From the human T2T-CHM13v2.0 reference genome, Homo sapiens, in NCBI RefSeq assembly GCF_009914755.1, contig NC_060929.1: a DNA stretch of 64,000 bases; one strand, written 5' to 3'. The translations under genes and the position numbers were made by a program. This document shows, piece after piece, positions 26,855 through 39,160 of the stretch (positions within the stretch are counted from its first letter, which is position 1; every line of letters starts with the position of its first letter). Under the pieces are notes generated by a model, which was not told the DNA's origin, did not search any database, and saw only the letters and a list, made by a program, of their open reading frames with translations.

Positions 26855-29647
26855 TGATGTGGTTTGGCTGTGTCCTCACTCAAAGCTCATCTTGTATTCC
26901 CACATGTTATGGGAGGGACTTGGTGGGAGGTAATTGAATCATGGGGGTGGTTCTTTCCCATGTTGTTCTCCTGATAGTGAATATGTCTCATGAGATCTGA
27001 TGGTTTTAAAAGGCAGAGTTTCCCTGCACAAACTGTCTCTTTGCCTGGTGACATCCATGTATACTGTGTCTGTCCTGCAGACTCTGGACAAGCGATGGAT
27101 GAAAGAAGTATGCAGATATTTTGCGTGAGCGTGACTAAGGGACTGCTCAGCTTAGAGATGCCGAAGAGAGAGTGCAGTCTCGATAAGCCTGAGTCGCTTG
27201 TATTTATTCAGTACAGATTTTATGATAAAGGCTTGGAGCTAACACAACCTGTGGATAATTAACATTGTTATTCCCCCTTTCAAGGAGCAGTCTTGCGTGG
27301 GGATGATCAAAGGTCAGTTTCTGGACACCATAAGTAAATAAACTTATCTAGATAAACTCCTTTACACTCCCTTGCATCTACTTCTCACCCTCTGCATCAG
27401 GGTAAGGGAATTAGCTGCATTCAGCTTTTATTCTCTCCCGAAGCTTTGCAAAACCTCCCGGCCTTCCAAGAGGGTTTGCGTCTTGTCCTAGAAATTTTCT
27501 TATAATTTTTCCCACCACCCTGACTGATCTCCTACACATGTAAGATGTGGCTTGTCCTCCTTGCCTTCCACCATGATAGTGAAGCCTCCCCAGTTACGTG
27601 GAATAGTAAGTCTATTAAACCCTTTTTCCTGGATAAAGTACCCAGTCTTTGTATTGTATTTATCAGCTGCACAAAAAGAGACTAATACAGTAAATTGGTA
27701 CCAGTAGAGTGGGGTGCTGCTGTAGATCCCTGAAAATGTGGAATCGACTTTGGAACTGGTTTACAGGCAGGGGCTGGAATAGTTTGGAAGGCTTAGAAGA
27801 AGACAGGAAAATTTGTGAAAGTTTGAAACTTCCTGGAGACTTGTTGAATGACTTTGCCCAAAATGCTGATAGTGATATGGACAATAAAGTCCAGGCTGAG
27901 GTGGCCTCAGATGGAAATGAGGAACTTGTTGGGAACTGAAGCAAAGCTGACTCTTGTTATGTTTTAGCAAAAAGACTGTCATCATTTTGCCTCTTCCCTA
28001 GATATTTGAATTGAGGGAGATGATTTAGGGAATTTAGTGGAAAAAATTTCTAAGCAACAAAGCATTCAAGAGATAACTTGGGTGCTGTTAAAGGCATTCA
28101 GTTTTAAAAGGGAAGCGGATCATAAAAGTTCAGAAAATTTACAGCCTGACAATGGGATAGGAAACAAAATCTCATTTTCTGAGGAGAAATTCAAGCCAGC
28201 TGCAGAAATTTGCATAAGTAGCGAGGAGACAAGTGTTAATCACAAAAACAATTGGGAAAGTGTCTCCAAAGCATGTCAGAGACCTTTGTGGCAGCCCTTC
28301 CCATCATGGACTTGGAGATTTAGGGGGAATAAATGGTTTTGTGGACTGGGTCCAGGGTCTCTCTGCTCTGTGCAGTCTAGAGACTTGGTGCCCTGCATCC
28401 CAGCCATTCTAGCCATTAATAAAAGCAGTTAAGGTACAGCTTGGGCTATTGCTTCAGATGGTGGAAGCCCCAAGCCTTGGCAGCTTCCACATGGTGTTGA
28501 TCCTGCACATGCATAGAAGTGAAGGATTGAGGTTTGAGGACCTTTGCCTAGATTTCAGAGAATGTATGGGAATGCCTGGATGCCCAGGGAGAAGTTTGCT
28601 GCAGGAGTAGGGCCCTCATGGAGAAACTCTGATAGGGCAGTGCAGAAGGAAAATGTGGGGTCAGATCCCCCGCACAGAGTCCCCACTGGGGCACTGCCTA
28701 CTGGAGCTGTGAGTAGAGAGCCACCATCCTCCAGACCCAAGAATGGTAGATCCACTGACAGCTTGCACTGTGTGCCTGGAAAAGCCAGACACTCTATGCC
28801 AGCCCGTGAAAGAAGCCAGGAGAGGGGCTATACCCTGGAAAGACACAGTGGTGGAGCTGCCCAAGGGCATGGGAGCCCAACTCTTGCATCAGTGTGACCT
28901 GACTGTGAGACATGGAGTCAAAGGAGATTATTTTGGAGCTTTAATATTTGACTGCACCACTGGATTTCTGACTTGCATGGGGCCTGTGGCCCCTTTGTTT
29001 TGCCAATTTCTCGTATTTGAAATGGCTGTATTTACTCAATGCCTATACCCCATCATATCTAGGAAGTAACTAACTTGCTTCTGATTTTACAGGCTCATAG
29101 GTGGAAGGGACTTGCCTTGTCTCAGCTGAAACTTTGGACTGTGGACTTTTCAGTTAATGCTGAAATGTGTTAAGACTTTGGGGTACTGTTGGGAAGGCAT
29201 GATTGGTTTTGAAATGTGAGGACAGGAGATTTGGGATCGGCCAGGGGCAGAATGAAATGGTTTGGCTGTGTCCCCACCCAAATCTTATCTTGAATTTCCA
29301 CATGTTGTCAGAGGGACCCAGTGGGAGATAATTGAATCATGGGAGTGGGTCCTTCCTGTGTTATTCTTCTGATAGTGAATATGTTTCATGAGATCTGATG
29401 GTTTTATAAGATGGAGTTTCCCGACACAAGCTCTCTCTTTGCCTGCTGCCATCCATGTAAGACTTGACTTGCTCCTCCTTGCCTTCTGCCATCCATGTAA
29501 GACTTGACTTGCTCCTCCTTGCCTTCTGCCGTGATTGTGAGGCCTCCCCAATCACGTGGAACTATAAGTCCATTAAGCCTTTATTCCTTTATAAATTATC
29601 CAGTCTTGTGTATGTCTTTATCAGCAGTTTGAAAATGGATTAATACA
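26855..29647 (+). mobile_element. Complete THE1 MaLR provirus (THE1C-like): LTR 26855-27689 (interrupted), internal 27690-29252, LTR 29253-29647
   Basis: Paired LTRs, internal region homologous to 24146-25723, ccaggggcagaa before the 3' LTR, and TSD CTAGG at 26850-26854 and 29648-29652. Confidence 0.95.
27062..27536 (-). mobile_element. Solo LTR of a betaretrovirus-like ERV (LTR22 / HERV-K(HML-5)-like)
   Basis: Minus strand begins TGTAGGAGATCAGTCAGGGTGGTGGGAAAAATTATAAG and has AATAAA at ~27203-27208. 6-bp TSD CATGTA at 27056-27061 and 27537-27542. Family name is from memory of the consensus. Confidence 0.75.
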
Positions 29648-30039
29648 CTAGGTCATGAAAAATAAGGAAAAATTAATACTGTTTCAAATATGGAGGCTAA
29701 GAAGACATGATAACTAAATGTATTGTGGAATAACTAATTATATTCAAGAAAAGAACAAGACAATGCGTGGGAAAACTGGTGATAATTGAATAAATTCTCT
29801 AGTTTAGCTGAGAGTATGGTACCAGAGTTATTTTCTTGTGTTGATACTCATGGTAATGTAAAATGTTAACATAGGGAGCCATTGGGTGAAGGATATATAG
29901 AGGTACTTCCCTCTATTTCTACAACTCTTCTGTAATCTAAAATTAATCTCAAAATAAATAGTTAAAATGAAGCCAAAATCTAAACGACCAAAAAGTGAAT
30001 AAATAGAAAAAAATCTACATATCCTCATCTTTCCATGTT

Positions 30040-30862
30040 CAACATTTTTCAGAAGAAGACATACAAATGCCAAGAATTATATAGAAAGTGCTCAAGATAA
30101 CTAATCATCAGAAAAGTATAAATTAAAACCACAAGGAGATTCCACTTTATACTAGTAAACATGGCTGTTACTCAAAGGACAAAAAATAATAGATGTTGGT
30201 GAGGATGCGGAGATAGAGTTACACTTATACATGGCTGTTGGGGAAGTGAATTACTGCAACTCTGTGGAAAACAGTATGGAGATTTCTCACGAACTAAAAG
30301 TAGAACTACCTTTCGATCCTGCAATCCCACTACTATTTATCTACCCAAAGGTAACAAAATCATTATATCACAAAGACATCTACACTTGCAGGTTATCACA
30401 GCACTATTCACAATAGTAATGACATGGAATCAACTTATGTTTCCATGAACAAATTGTTGGACAAAAAATTATGGTATACAATGAATACTATTCAGTCATG
30501 TAAAAGAAAGAAATCATGTCTTTTGCAGCAACTTGGACAGAACTGAAGGCATTATCTTAAGTGAAACAACTCAGAAACAGAAGGTAAAATCCCACATGTT
30601 CTCATTTATGAAAGCTAAATAATGTGTACACATGGACATAGAGTGGGGAATATTAGACATGGAAACTCAGAAGCATAGGAGGGTGGGGGAGGGGTGAGAG
30701 ATGAGAAATTACATAATCGGTACAATGTACATTATTTGGGTGATGGTTACACTAGAATATCTGACTTCACCACTACACAATATATCCATGTTGTGTAGTA
30801 TAACAAAACTACACTTGTACCCCTTAAATGTATACAAATAAATTTTAAAAAAAATTAAAAAA
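30040..30862 (+). mobile_element. L1MA2/3-like 3' end
   Basis: ORF2 tail (ELPFDPAIPLL) and 3'UTR gtacaatgtacattatttgggtgatgg...cacttgtaccccttaaat, followed by an A-rich tail. Confidence 0.85.
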
Positions 30863-31484
30863 TACATACACTCCATATTCTTCTAGAAATGTGGAATATA
30901 TTTTTATTTTCCTAAGCCTTATATAATACTGCATACTCTTTTTATCTATTAAGATAGACTGAAGTGATGGTAAACTGATGTTCATTGATTAAAATTTGTA
31001 TGCTTTGAAACATGTGACCCAAAGGTCCAAATTGTGTAAGAAACATTTCATAAAGTACTTTATTTTTGTAAAATATAAATTTCTGGGAAATAATTTCTAC
31101 TTTAACTTTTTTTCTCTTACTGGATTGTTAGTTATACTTTAGGTGATTAGGCTGGTAAAGTGCAGGCTAGCTACAGAAGTATATGCTCATTATCTTTAAA
31201 AGTTTAGCATTTTTTGGTTGTCTGGATAATGTGAATATGTTTGTTTGCTTACATCCACTATATTTTTCCCAACACCATAACGTTTCTCTAAGGCAAAACA
31301 ATTTCAATGTGAACTTCTTGGTTTAAAAATATGTCTGTTAATTTTTTTTTCTTTTTTACTGATCCAACTGGGGAACAAGTTAGTCTATGAATCCTTTAAT
31401 CCTCCTCCCATAAAGAGATTTAAATAAAGCTTGTTCTTTTAAAATAGATGCGTATTTATGACTGTATTCTCAAATAAAATGCTG

Positions 31485-31890
31485 TGCAAATGACTCTGAG
31501 TGACTTTTGAGGTTAGGTTATAACATGCCATGAATCTTCCAGTAGTTCTCTCTGGGATTCTCTGTTACAATGTACAAAGGCCAGCTACCAAATGATCACT
31601 ATATGAAAGGACGACAGAAAGTGACTACAAAAAGAGAAAGAGAGAGAGACCCAATAATTCCACTGGTTTTAGTGTCCAGATATTTGAATCTTTTCATTCT
31701 AGTGCAAAACATGTGAGGGAAGAAGCCTTCATGAGGACTGCAGACACCTTTTGATGTGAATGTATGAGTTAACAAATGAGAATTGCAGTTGAGTGTAGGC
31801 AACTTCCATATTCATGAGCAAAATAAATGATAGCTAGTGTTTTAAGTCACTGTTTTGGTATAGTTTGTTTTACATCCATAGATAACCGAA
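31485..31890 (+). mobile_element. Old MaLR LTR (MLT1G/H-like)
   Basis: tgagtgacttttgaggttaggttataa... and 3' motif tgttttaagtcactgttttgg...tagataaccgaa. Confidence 0.6.
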
Positions 31891-32155
31891 AAAGGAAATT
31901 ATTTAGAATCATCTATAGGACTGTTACTGCATTTCGATACATCACATTTTATTCCAACTAATAGCCTTAAATCTTAAAATCCTGAAAGAGAGAATGTGTC
32001 TGCGATTGTCTCTCTGTCTTTTATCCTGAGATAATCTTTCTGTACCTCAAAGGCTTTACTTTCATCAACAGCTAAATTTGTCAAAACTGTTTTCTTACCC
32101 AATGTACTTAACTGAGTTGTTTATATTAATGAAAAAGAGTTTTGCATAACTTATC

Positions 32156-32263
32156 TTTCTTTTTTTTTCTTTTTTTTAGTATTTGAAGAGATTTATTCTG
32201 AACCAAATATGAGTGACCATGGCCAGTGACACAGCCCTCAAGGAGGTCCTGAGAACATGTACC
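32156..32263 (-). mobile_element. Short MER4-type LTR fragment followed by an A-tail
   Basis: Minus strand reads catgttctcaggacctcc...ggccatggtcactcatatttggttcagAATAAAtctcttcaaatact, then an ~22-nt A tract. Confidence 0.7.
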
Positions 32264-32329
32264 TGTAAAGATTTTTTTTTTAATTGGGGTATGGGGAAGA
32301 TACCAAGTCAAGATGCATGTGGTTACAAA

Positions 32330-33310
32330 TAAGAATTTTTAAAAAGGCAGAATAAACATCTTGTAATAAACTTAATAAGAAATACGTAAAAGAAGAAAAC
32401 CATATTGAAATGTATATCATGTTCTTAAATAGAAAAATTCAGTATAACAATATCAGCTCTTCCTTAGTTAATCTACTACTTTTATGTGATCCTGATAAAA
32501 CGGCCAACAGGAACTAAAGTTAGACAAGCTGATTATAATGTATCTATGGGGAAAATAAAATTCAAGAATGAACATAGAATTCTAAACAGGGAAGATAATA
32601 AGGAAAGAATGTAATTCAAACACTGTGCTGCTATCACATGAATAGACATATCAATGAAACAGATTAGAAAGTCCAGGAATGGACACAAACAAACCATACA
32701 GGAATTATAATAAAAAATGAATTTTCAAATCAATGGAGAAAATATAGATTATTCAATAAATGGTATTGAAACATCTGACTAGTAAAGCAGGAAAAAAGAA
32801 ACACATTTGGATTAATACCTTATATTATATATCAAGAAAAAGTCCAAGTTGATCAAATATCTGAATCCTAAAACCAAAACCATAAAAGCACTAAGAAAAA
32901 AATGGAAGAATTTTGTTTAATCTCAAAGTTGGAAAGGTCTTTCTATACGTGAAGGAAAACCCTGAAGTCACAAAGGAAAATATTGATAAATCCAACTCTG
33001 TAGAAATAAAAATGCATACATAAAACATCCAGTATAAATCAGAAGATAAATGACAGACTGGGAAAAAGTATTTGCAACTCATATTCAAAGGCTTAATTTC
33101 TTTAACGAATAAGAAACAAAATCAATGATTCAAAGAAAAACATGAAGAAGAAATAGCAAAAGACAATTTGTAGAAAGGAAAATCAAGCAATTATAAAAAT
33201 TAAGGGGTATTCAATCTCAGTACTTACTTTTTAAAAATGTTAATCAAAACTACAATGAGCTGTAAGTTTTCATCTATTGCATTATCAAAGAACAAAAGTT
33301 TGATAATTCA
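32330..33310 (+). mobile_element. Old L1ME ORF2 fragment
   Basis: Degenerate ORF2 3' motifs (attattcaataaatggtattg; gacagactgggaaaaagtatttgcaac). Confidence 0.6.
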
Positions 33311-33316
33311 CCAGAT

Positions 33317-33980
33317 TGCTCTGCCAGTTTTAGGGTTATTGTCCCTCAGCTCCAATCCTACCTTGTGAAACTGTGATGCTGGTGCTGGCACTCTGCACCC
33401 CACATTCATCATTGCCATCTGACTCCATGGTAGGCTCAGCCAATGAGAGGTACAAGAGGTAGAGAGGAAAGCTGAAAGAGGAAAAAGGGACTTATTCCTC
33501 CCGGTCCGCTTCCTGTTCCTGTCTATTTCACCTCAGCAACTTCTTTCACCTGCAGCATCAGTTCTTAGCCACTGAAGCAGCTGAGTCCAGTTTGCAGTTT
33601 TTCCACCACGTGCCAATTAAGCCTGATTATTCTGCCCTCAGAGAACCATCACTAGCCAACCAGTGCTCCCTGCCAGAAGTCTGGTCGCAGCCCCAGCGGA
33701 TCCCTCCTCCAAGCTCACGGTATCAGATGAACCATACTCCGCGCTCAGAGATATGAGTTTCAATACTGGAGATCCCTCCTCTAAGTTTCTCAATTTTAAT
33801 AATTTCAACTTATTCACTTGTTCTCCTTACCCCTAGAGATGGTGGTTGTTTTCTGCAATTGCTACCTCCCTGATACCTTAGTATTCCATTCTTGCCTTAA
33901 TTTTCTTCTTAACAACTTTACACCTACTCAATTATCTTTCTGAAGGCTTTCGTTTAAACAAGTTTCCTGGTAACTTGCTT
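33317..33980 (+). mobile_element. ERVL-class LTR (LTR33-like)
   Basis: attgtccctcagctccaa...tgtgatgctggtgctggcactctgca...ggtaggctcagccaatgagagg. Confidence 0.55.
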
Positions 33981-36900
33981 TATTGTTTGGGTGTCTTTTG
34001 ACAGAAAAAATTTTAGCTGTGATATGCCAGTCAATATTGTATTCTCTGTATTTTAAATAAGAAAAGCTACTCAAATGCTGCCATAACTGCAGACTATAAT
34101 CTCATTTCTGGGTTATGTTTTTCCTTTTAAAACCTTAGGCAAGATTTGCAGTATCTGTTTCAAGCCATAGAGACATTGGAGCCCAGATTATAAAATTCTA
34201 TTTTTCAGCGTTACCACAGATTCACTGTAAGAAACTATAAAAATTGCTTAAATTTGGAGATGACATGATAACACATCTAGGAAATATGACCTTCATTTAC
34301 ATCATGTTCTTATTCCTCTACTATTAGCCTCTTGGTGCCTAAAAATTGACATGCAGCAACTTCAAATCTCAAAAGCTAAAATAGAAGTGAATACTTGAAG
34401 GTAAAAGTTTTTAAAGTATCAGTTGCACATGGAAGTAATTGAGAGGTGCTATAAAAAGAGGAAGGAAGTATTAAACTTGGCTCTCTTTTCACCTCTGTGG
34501 TGACTTGATACTTAGAATAATCTACATTTACAAGATATTTTCTTGGCTCTCTCCTGGCTTCTGACATCACAGATTACAGACAGAAAGGAATAAAGAATAC
34601 TTAAATAATGGTGTCAGTAAATGGTATTAAATTTTTCTCTAATATCTGTGTGTCATATACTTAGTCAAGTAAAAGCTGAATTAAAATTTTAAAAAATATA
34701 TTTTTAAATATTTCCTCTTATTTCCATGCTCTTAATTGATGTTAGTGGCTTTAGGTACATTTTAAGACTTTGTACATTACTTAACTCATTTGGTTATCAC
34801 CCTTTAGCCAATGTATTAGTTACCCAGTTTTACCAATGTGCTATCTGAATACCCTGAAAATAGAAATAAGATGACAGTGACTGTTTCCATCAAATTGTGC
34901 TATTAGAATTTTAAATAAATAGGAAATAATTAAATATCTACAAAGTCATAACAACTTCTAACTCGTTCTCAATAAATGATGCTGTTTGAAACTTTTTTAA
35001 TTCTGGAAAATTATAAATAACCTAGAGATAAATAAATTCTGAATTGATAATTGTTAAAATACCCAGACATTCTGATGTAATCATTAATTGAATGTAATGC
35101 CATAAATGCACATTTACGTGAAGCAATATTTATCCCATATTAAGTGAAAAAAATGCTTTAAAACAACAATAAATTGCACCTCTCCTAGAGTAAGAGAGAA
35201 TAGATTTTCCCTCCAATCTTAAAATTAAAAAATAAAAACAAAAGTATGCAAAAAATATGAAAGTACAGTTTTCAGACAGTAAACAATAGGCAGCAAAAAA
35301 CTGTTACATCTGAGAGAAATGCTTAAAAGCATGCTTGGAAACAATTAAACTGGTGACAAAGTATTTACATGGATACCAAAGCAATGTCCAACACTAAAAG
35401 AATACAATAAAACTCTGGACCCAATAATGTAAAACCACAATGTTCATTACCCAATCAAGAATTCAACAGGCATGCAAAGAAGCAGAAAAACATGACTCTT
35501 ATTCAGGAAAAAAATAAACTACTAGAAACAGAACCAAGAATTATCAACATAATAGGGTTATCAACCACAGATGTTAAAAAAAATTTATAAATAGGTACCA
35601 CATTTAAGACAGTAGAGAAAAAGATGAATATAATGATGAGAGGCATAGGATATATGTAGAATGGCTCAAATAAAGTTCCATCCATTTAAAACAATATCTA
35701 AAATGAAAAATACACTGCATTGGATTAACAGCATATTAGACATTGCAGAAGAGACTAGTGATATTGAAAACAAAACAATATAAAATATCCAAATGAAACA
35801 TAGAGAAAAATAAGAGTTAAAAACAAACAGAGCCTTGTTGGTTAGTGTGACAGTATCAAATTGTGTAATACTGTCTACTGGTCTCAGAAGAAGAAGTAGG
35901 AGAGTACCAAAAGTTGAATAAATAAGGGCTTTAATAATTTTTTTTATCACAGATGATATGCTGTTCTATGTACAAAATTTTTAAAAAATCTACAAAAAAG
36001 CTTTGAGAACTATTAAATACTTTTATCATGTTGATGAATGCAAGCAATAAACAAATGAATATTTAAATGAATGAAAACCAACTTCCACACAGCAGTATCA
36101 AATTTAAGAAATTTTTAGGGATATATTTAACAGGAAGTGTGCAAGTTTTGCACAATGAAAAGTATGAAATATTGCTAAGGGAAATTATGGAAGACCTAAG
36201 TGAATTAAGAACAGTAGTATCATTATGGATCAGAAGACCCAATATTGTAAAGATTTCAAATCTCTCTAAATTTATTTACAATTTTAAAGTCATCTAAACC
36301 AAAATGGAAATCAGCAAGCCTCTCTTAAACTTTATAGAAAAACGATGTTGGATAATTAAAATTACCTGATTTCAAGACTTATTGCAAAGCTATATCAACA
36401 AAAGCAGTGTGGTATTGATATAATGGTAGAAATATAGACTAGTATAAAATAATAGGAAGGCCAAAATAGAAAAACACACATAGGGTAAATTAATTTTTCA
36501 TAAAACTACCAAGGTAATTCAATGCATAAAGGATGAACTTTCAAGACATTTTGATGAAACTATTAAATATCTAAATGCATAAAAATGAACCTACATGTTA
36601 CCAAATTCTATACACAAAACTAAATCAGTATAAATAATGGATCTAAGTGTAAGGGTTACAACTACAAAAAATATATTAAAAAATTGAGCAGAAATATTTG
36701 TAGGAAGCAAATATTTTTTGATAGGACACAATATTTATAAATAATAAAAGATAAGAGACAGATGAACTTAAATTAATTAAAACTTAAATTAAAAACTTTT
36801 AAAATGTTTTTAGCTAAGATACAATAATAGGACTAGATTTATCCTTTACCCCAAAATAACAATAAAACCATTACCACATGTGAAACCATAGTTGTTAAGA

Positions 36901-37719
36901 CATAGGTTATCAGACAATTAAGGTTAGTGATCTGAGAGAGAAAATAATTGAACAAAGTGAGTCATATGTTGGCCCAGCTTACTGCATGGAGAAAGTACGC
37001 AGCCAGCGATTTGAGGATGGCGAGTCCATGTGGAACTTAGTATTCTTGTCTCTTTAAGAAGATAAATCTAGGAGACCAAGGAGACCAAGGCAGCAATTGT
37101 TAGCAAGGCAGAATACGAGAGACAACAACAACAACAACAAAACAACAACAACAAAAAAGATTAGGAGGAACAATTCCTAGTAAGAAATTTATGAAAGTAT
37201 TAAGGAGAAAAAGCCCCAAGCTCACGTGGGACTGGGAATCAATCCTATTCCCAAGAACTAAATTAGAAAGCTTCAAAATTTGTTCAGAATAATATCCATA
37301 AAGTTTTTGAATCTGTAGGAGTCACAATTCATCCTAATCTAAAGGCTTCTCTGCCTCCACCTAAAACAGCTCTAAATAAAGGTCCTGAAGAGTTAAACAA
37401 TATCCAAGAAATCTAACCGCACCCCAGAACAAAGCTCAGTAGTATTTACTGGAATACAAAAATTTGCAGTATGAGATAAAATTCCTCACGTCTGTTTTTG
37501 ATGAAAAACTACAGTCATGCAAATAAGCTGAAAAGTACAACCCACAATAAAATGAAAATCAACTGATAGAAAAATACCCCCAAAAGACACAGATGGAGTA
37601 TTATAAATGAAAGTTTTATCTTGTATTATAATTGTACTCTATATGTTTAACAAGCTACAGGAAAGGCCGAATTAGACTTTATGTTATGTAGAATTAGGGA
37701 AGATATAAAAAAGACTCAA

Positions 37720-39160
37720 CTCCCACACACCCAACCCTGGGCCACTCCTGAAAGTGCACTCAGGTTGCATCTGGAGTTCGTCCTGAGGGCTGGAGCAGGC
37801 AGTGTCCATCCTTGGTGCAGAAGCTACTGCCCTGGAGCTGTCTGCTTGGGTGATCCAGGCAGTGTAGTTCCCCTTAGACTGTGAGAGCCCAGCCCTACCC
37901 TGTATCACCTCTGCAGTTCCTGAGAGATGTTCCCCTTCTTCCCCAATGTCATTGCCAATTACAGGACCTAGAATCTAAAAGCATGCTGGGCAAACACACA
38001 GGGTGAGGAAGAGGCAGTTTTTTTGTGACTATGAGGGGTGTGGCAAAACCTTCATCAGGAACTACCATCTGTCCCTTGATCTTGATTCACACAGAAGAAA
38101 AGCCATTTCTGCAGCTATTGGCTGTGGTCAAAAATTCAAAACAGAATCAAATCAGTAAAAATAATGTGTACGTAATTTTGAACTTTGGAACATGAGCTTT
38201 AAGAAACATTGCAGCTGAAAATTTTTCAGTGCCAGTATATTGGTGAAACACTCTTCAAGAAAACCATGGAGGATGTGGGAGACACTTTGCTTCACCCAGC
38301 AGGTGGAAAGGAAGGAGAAAGGTTCAGAGGGTTCTGTGTGTCAGACAAGACTTTCCTCTGAGGTAAAACCATGGACAGAGCTTCTTGAAATGTGAGAGAA
38401 ACCCAAAGAGACAGTATCACATGAAGCATGAGAGGAAACATGTGAAATATGTCTCTGGAAACATTCAAATGCAAAGATTGTCTTAAGCAGCACATGAAAA
38501 CTCGTGCCTCCAAAAGGGATGTATGCTGATGGCGAAGAGAAGGCTGTGGTAAAACCTTCACAACTGTTTAAACTCCAGAACCATATTTTCTCTTTTCATG
38601 AAGCGGAGCATTCATTTATGTGTGAACATGCTGGTGGTGGCAAAGGTTTGCAATGAAACAAAGTCTCAGTAGTTATGCATGTACATGATTCTGATAGGAA
38701 AATAAAATGACCAAAATAAAACAATCTTATGGAAAATAGTTTTGCTTCTCATGTCATTGCATATATCCCTCCTAAACAAAACAGGAACAAGGCTTATCTT
38801 TGCCTACAAATGGAGAGTCACTGAATTGTATGAAGACAAGGTGCTCTGCGCAGTTGTGATACTTACCCCCAGCTAAATCTCAGATTGCTTTGTTTAAAGA
38901 ACTATAGACTGAGGAACTTAGCTATTTCCTGTCAGAAGCATGTTTTTTTCCTTTATAAATCACTATTGCAGTGGCTCACACCTAAACCCAGCTACTTGGG
39001 AGGCTGAGGTGGGAGGATCCCTTGAGCCCAGGAGTTTGAGGCTGCAATAATTCTTCCACTCCACCCCAGCCTGGGTGCAGAGTGACATCCACCCCTACCC
39101 TGCACCTTGTCTCTAAAAAAAAAAAGATAAATAAAAATAAAATCACTGACGTAGAAAATA
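37720..39160 (+). pseudogene. GTF3A: Processed pseudogene of GTF3A (transcription factor IIIA, C2H2 zinc fingers); CDS remnant ~37832-38876
   Basis: Intronless, collinear, frameshifted remnants match TFIIIA: CDYEGCGKTFIRNYHL (~38024-38071), WTELL..VRET, LKQHMKT...REGCGKTFTTV, FMCEHAG, QGLSL..NGES, and the terminal taa at 38874-38876. It carries 5' and 3' UTR parts and a degenerate TSD (aaagactcaa / aaagcccaa). The symbol given is the parent gene; I cannot assign a GTF3AP number. Confidence 0.93.
38967..39140 (+). mobile_element. Monomeric Alu (FRAM/FAM-like) inserted in the pseudogene 3'UTR
   Basis: gtggctcacacct...cccagctacttgggaggctgagg...gaggctgca...cagcctggg, an A-tail, and TSD core AAATCACT at 38957-38964 and 39140-39147. 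Confidence 0.85.

Larger units (their letters stand above)
21000..29975 (+). mobile_element. Fragmented old L1M (L1MC/MD-type) hosting MER21 and two THE1 proviruses
   Basis: ORF1-like A-rich sequence 23050-23650, ORF2 fragment 26085-26350, and L1MC/MD 3'UTR motifs (ggaggacattctata...ttcttcaaaagt | gtcatgaaaaataagg...taatctaaaatta) split by the second THE1. Confidence 0.55.

Noticed and set aside
24146-29252. Paired similar ORFs (e.g. WNWVTGRGWNSLEG) as a duplicated gene
   Set aside because: These are degraded THE1 internal ORF remnants of two independent proviruses.
37832-38876. Functional zinc-finger gene
   Set aside because: Multiple frameshifts, stops and deletions, no introns; it is a processed pseudogene.
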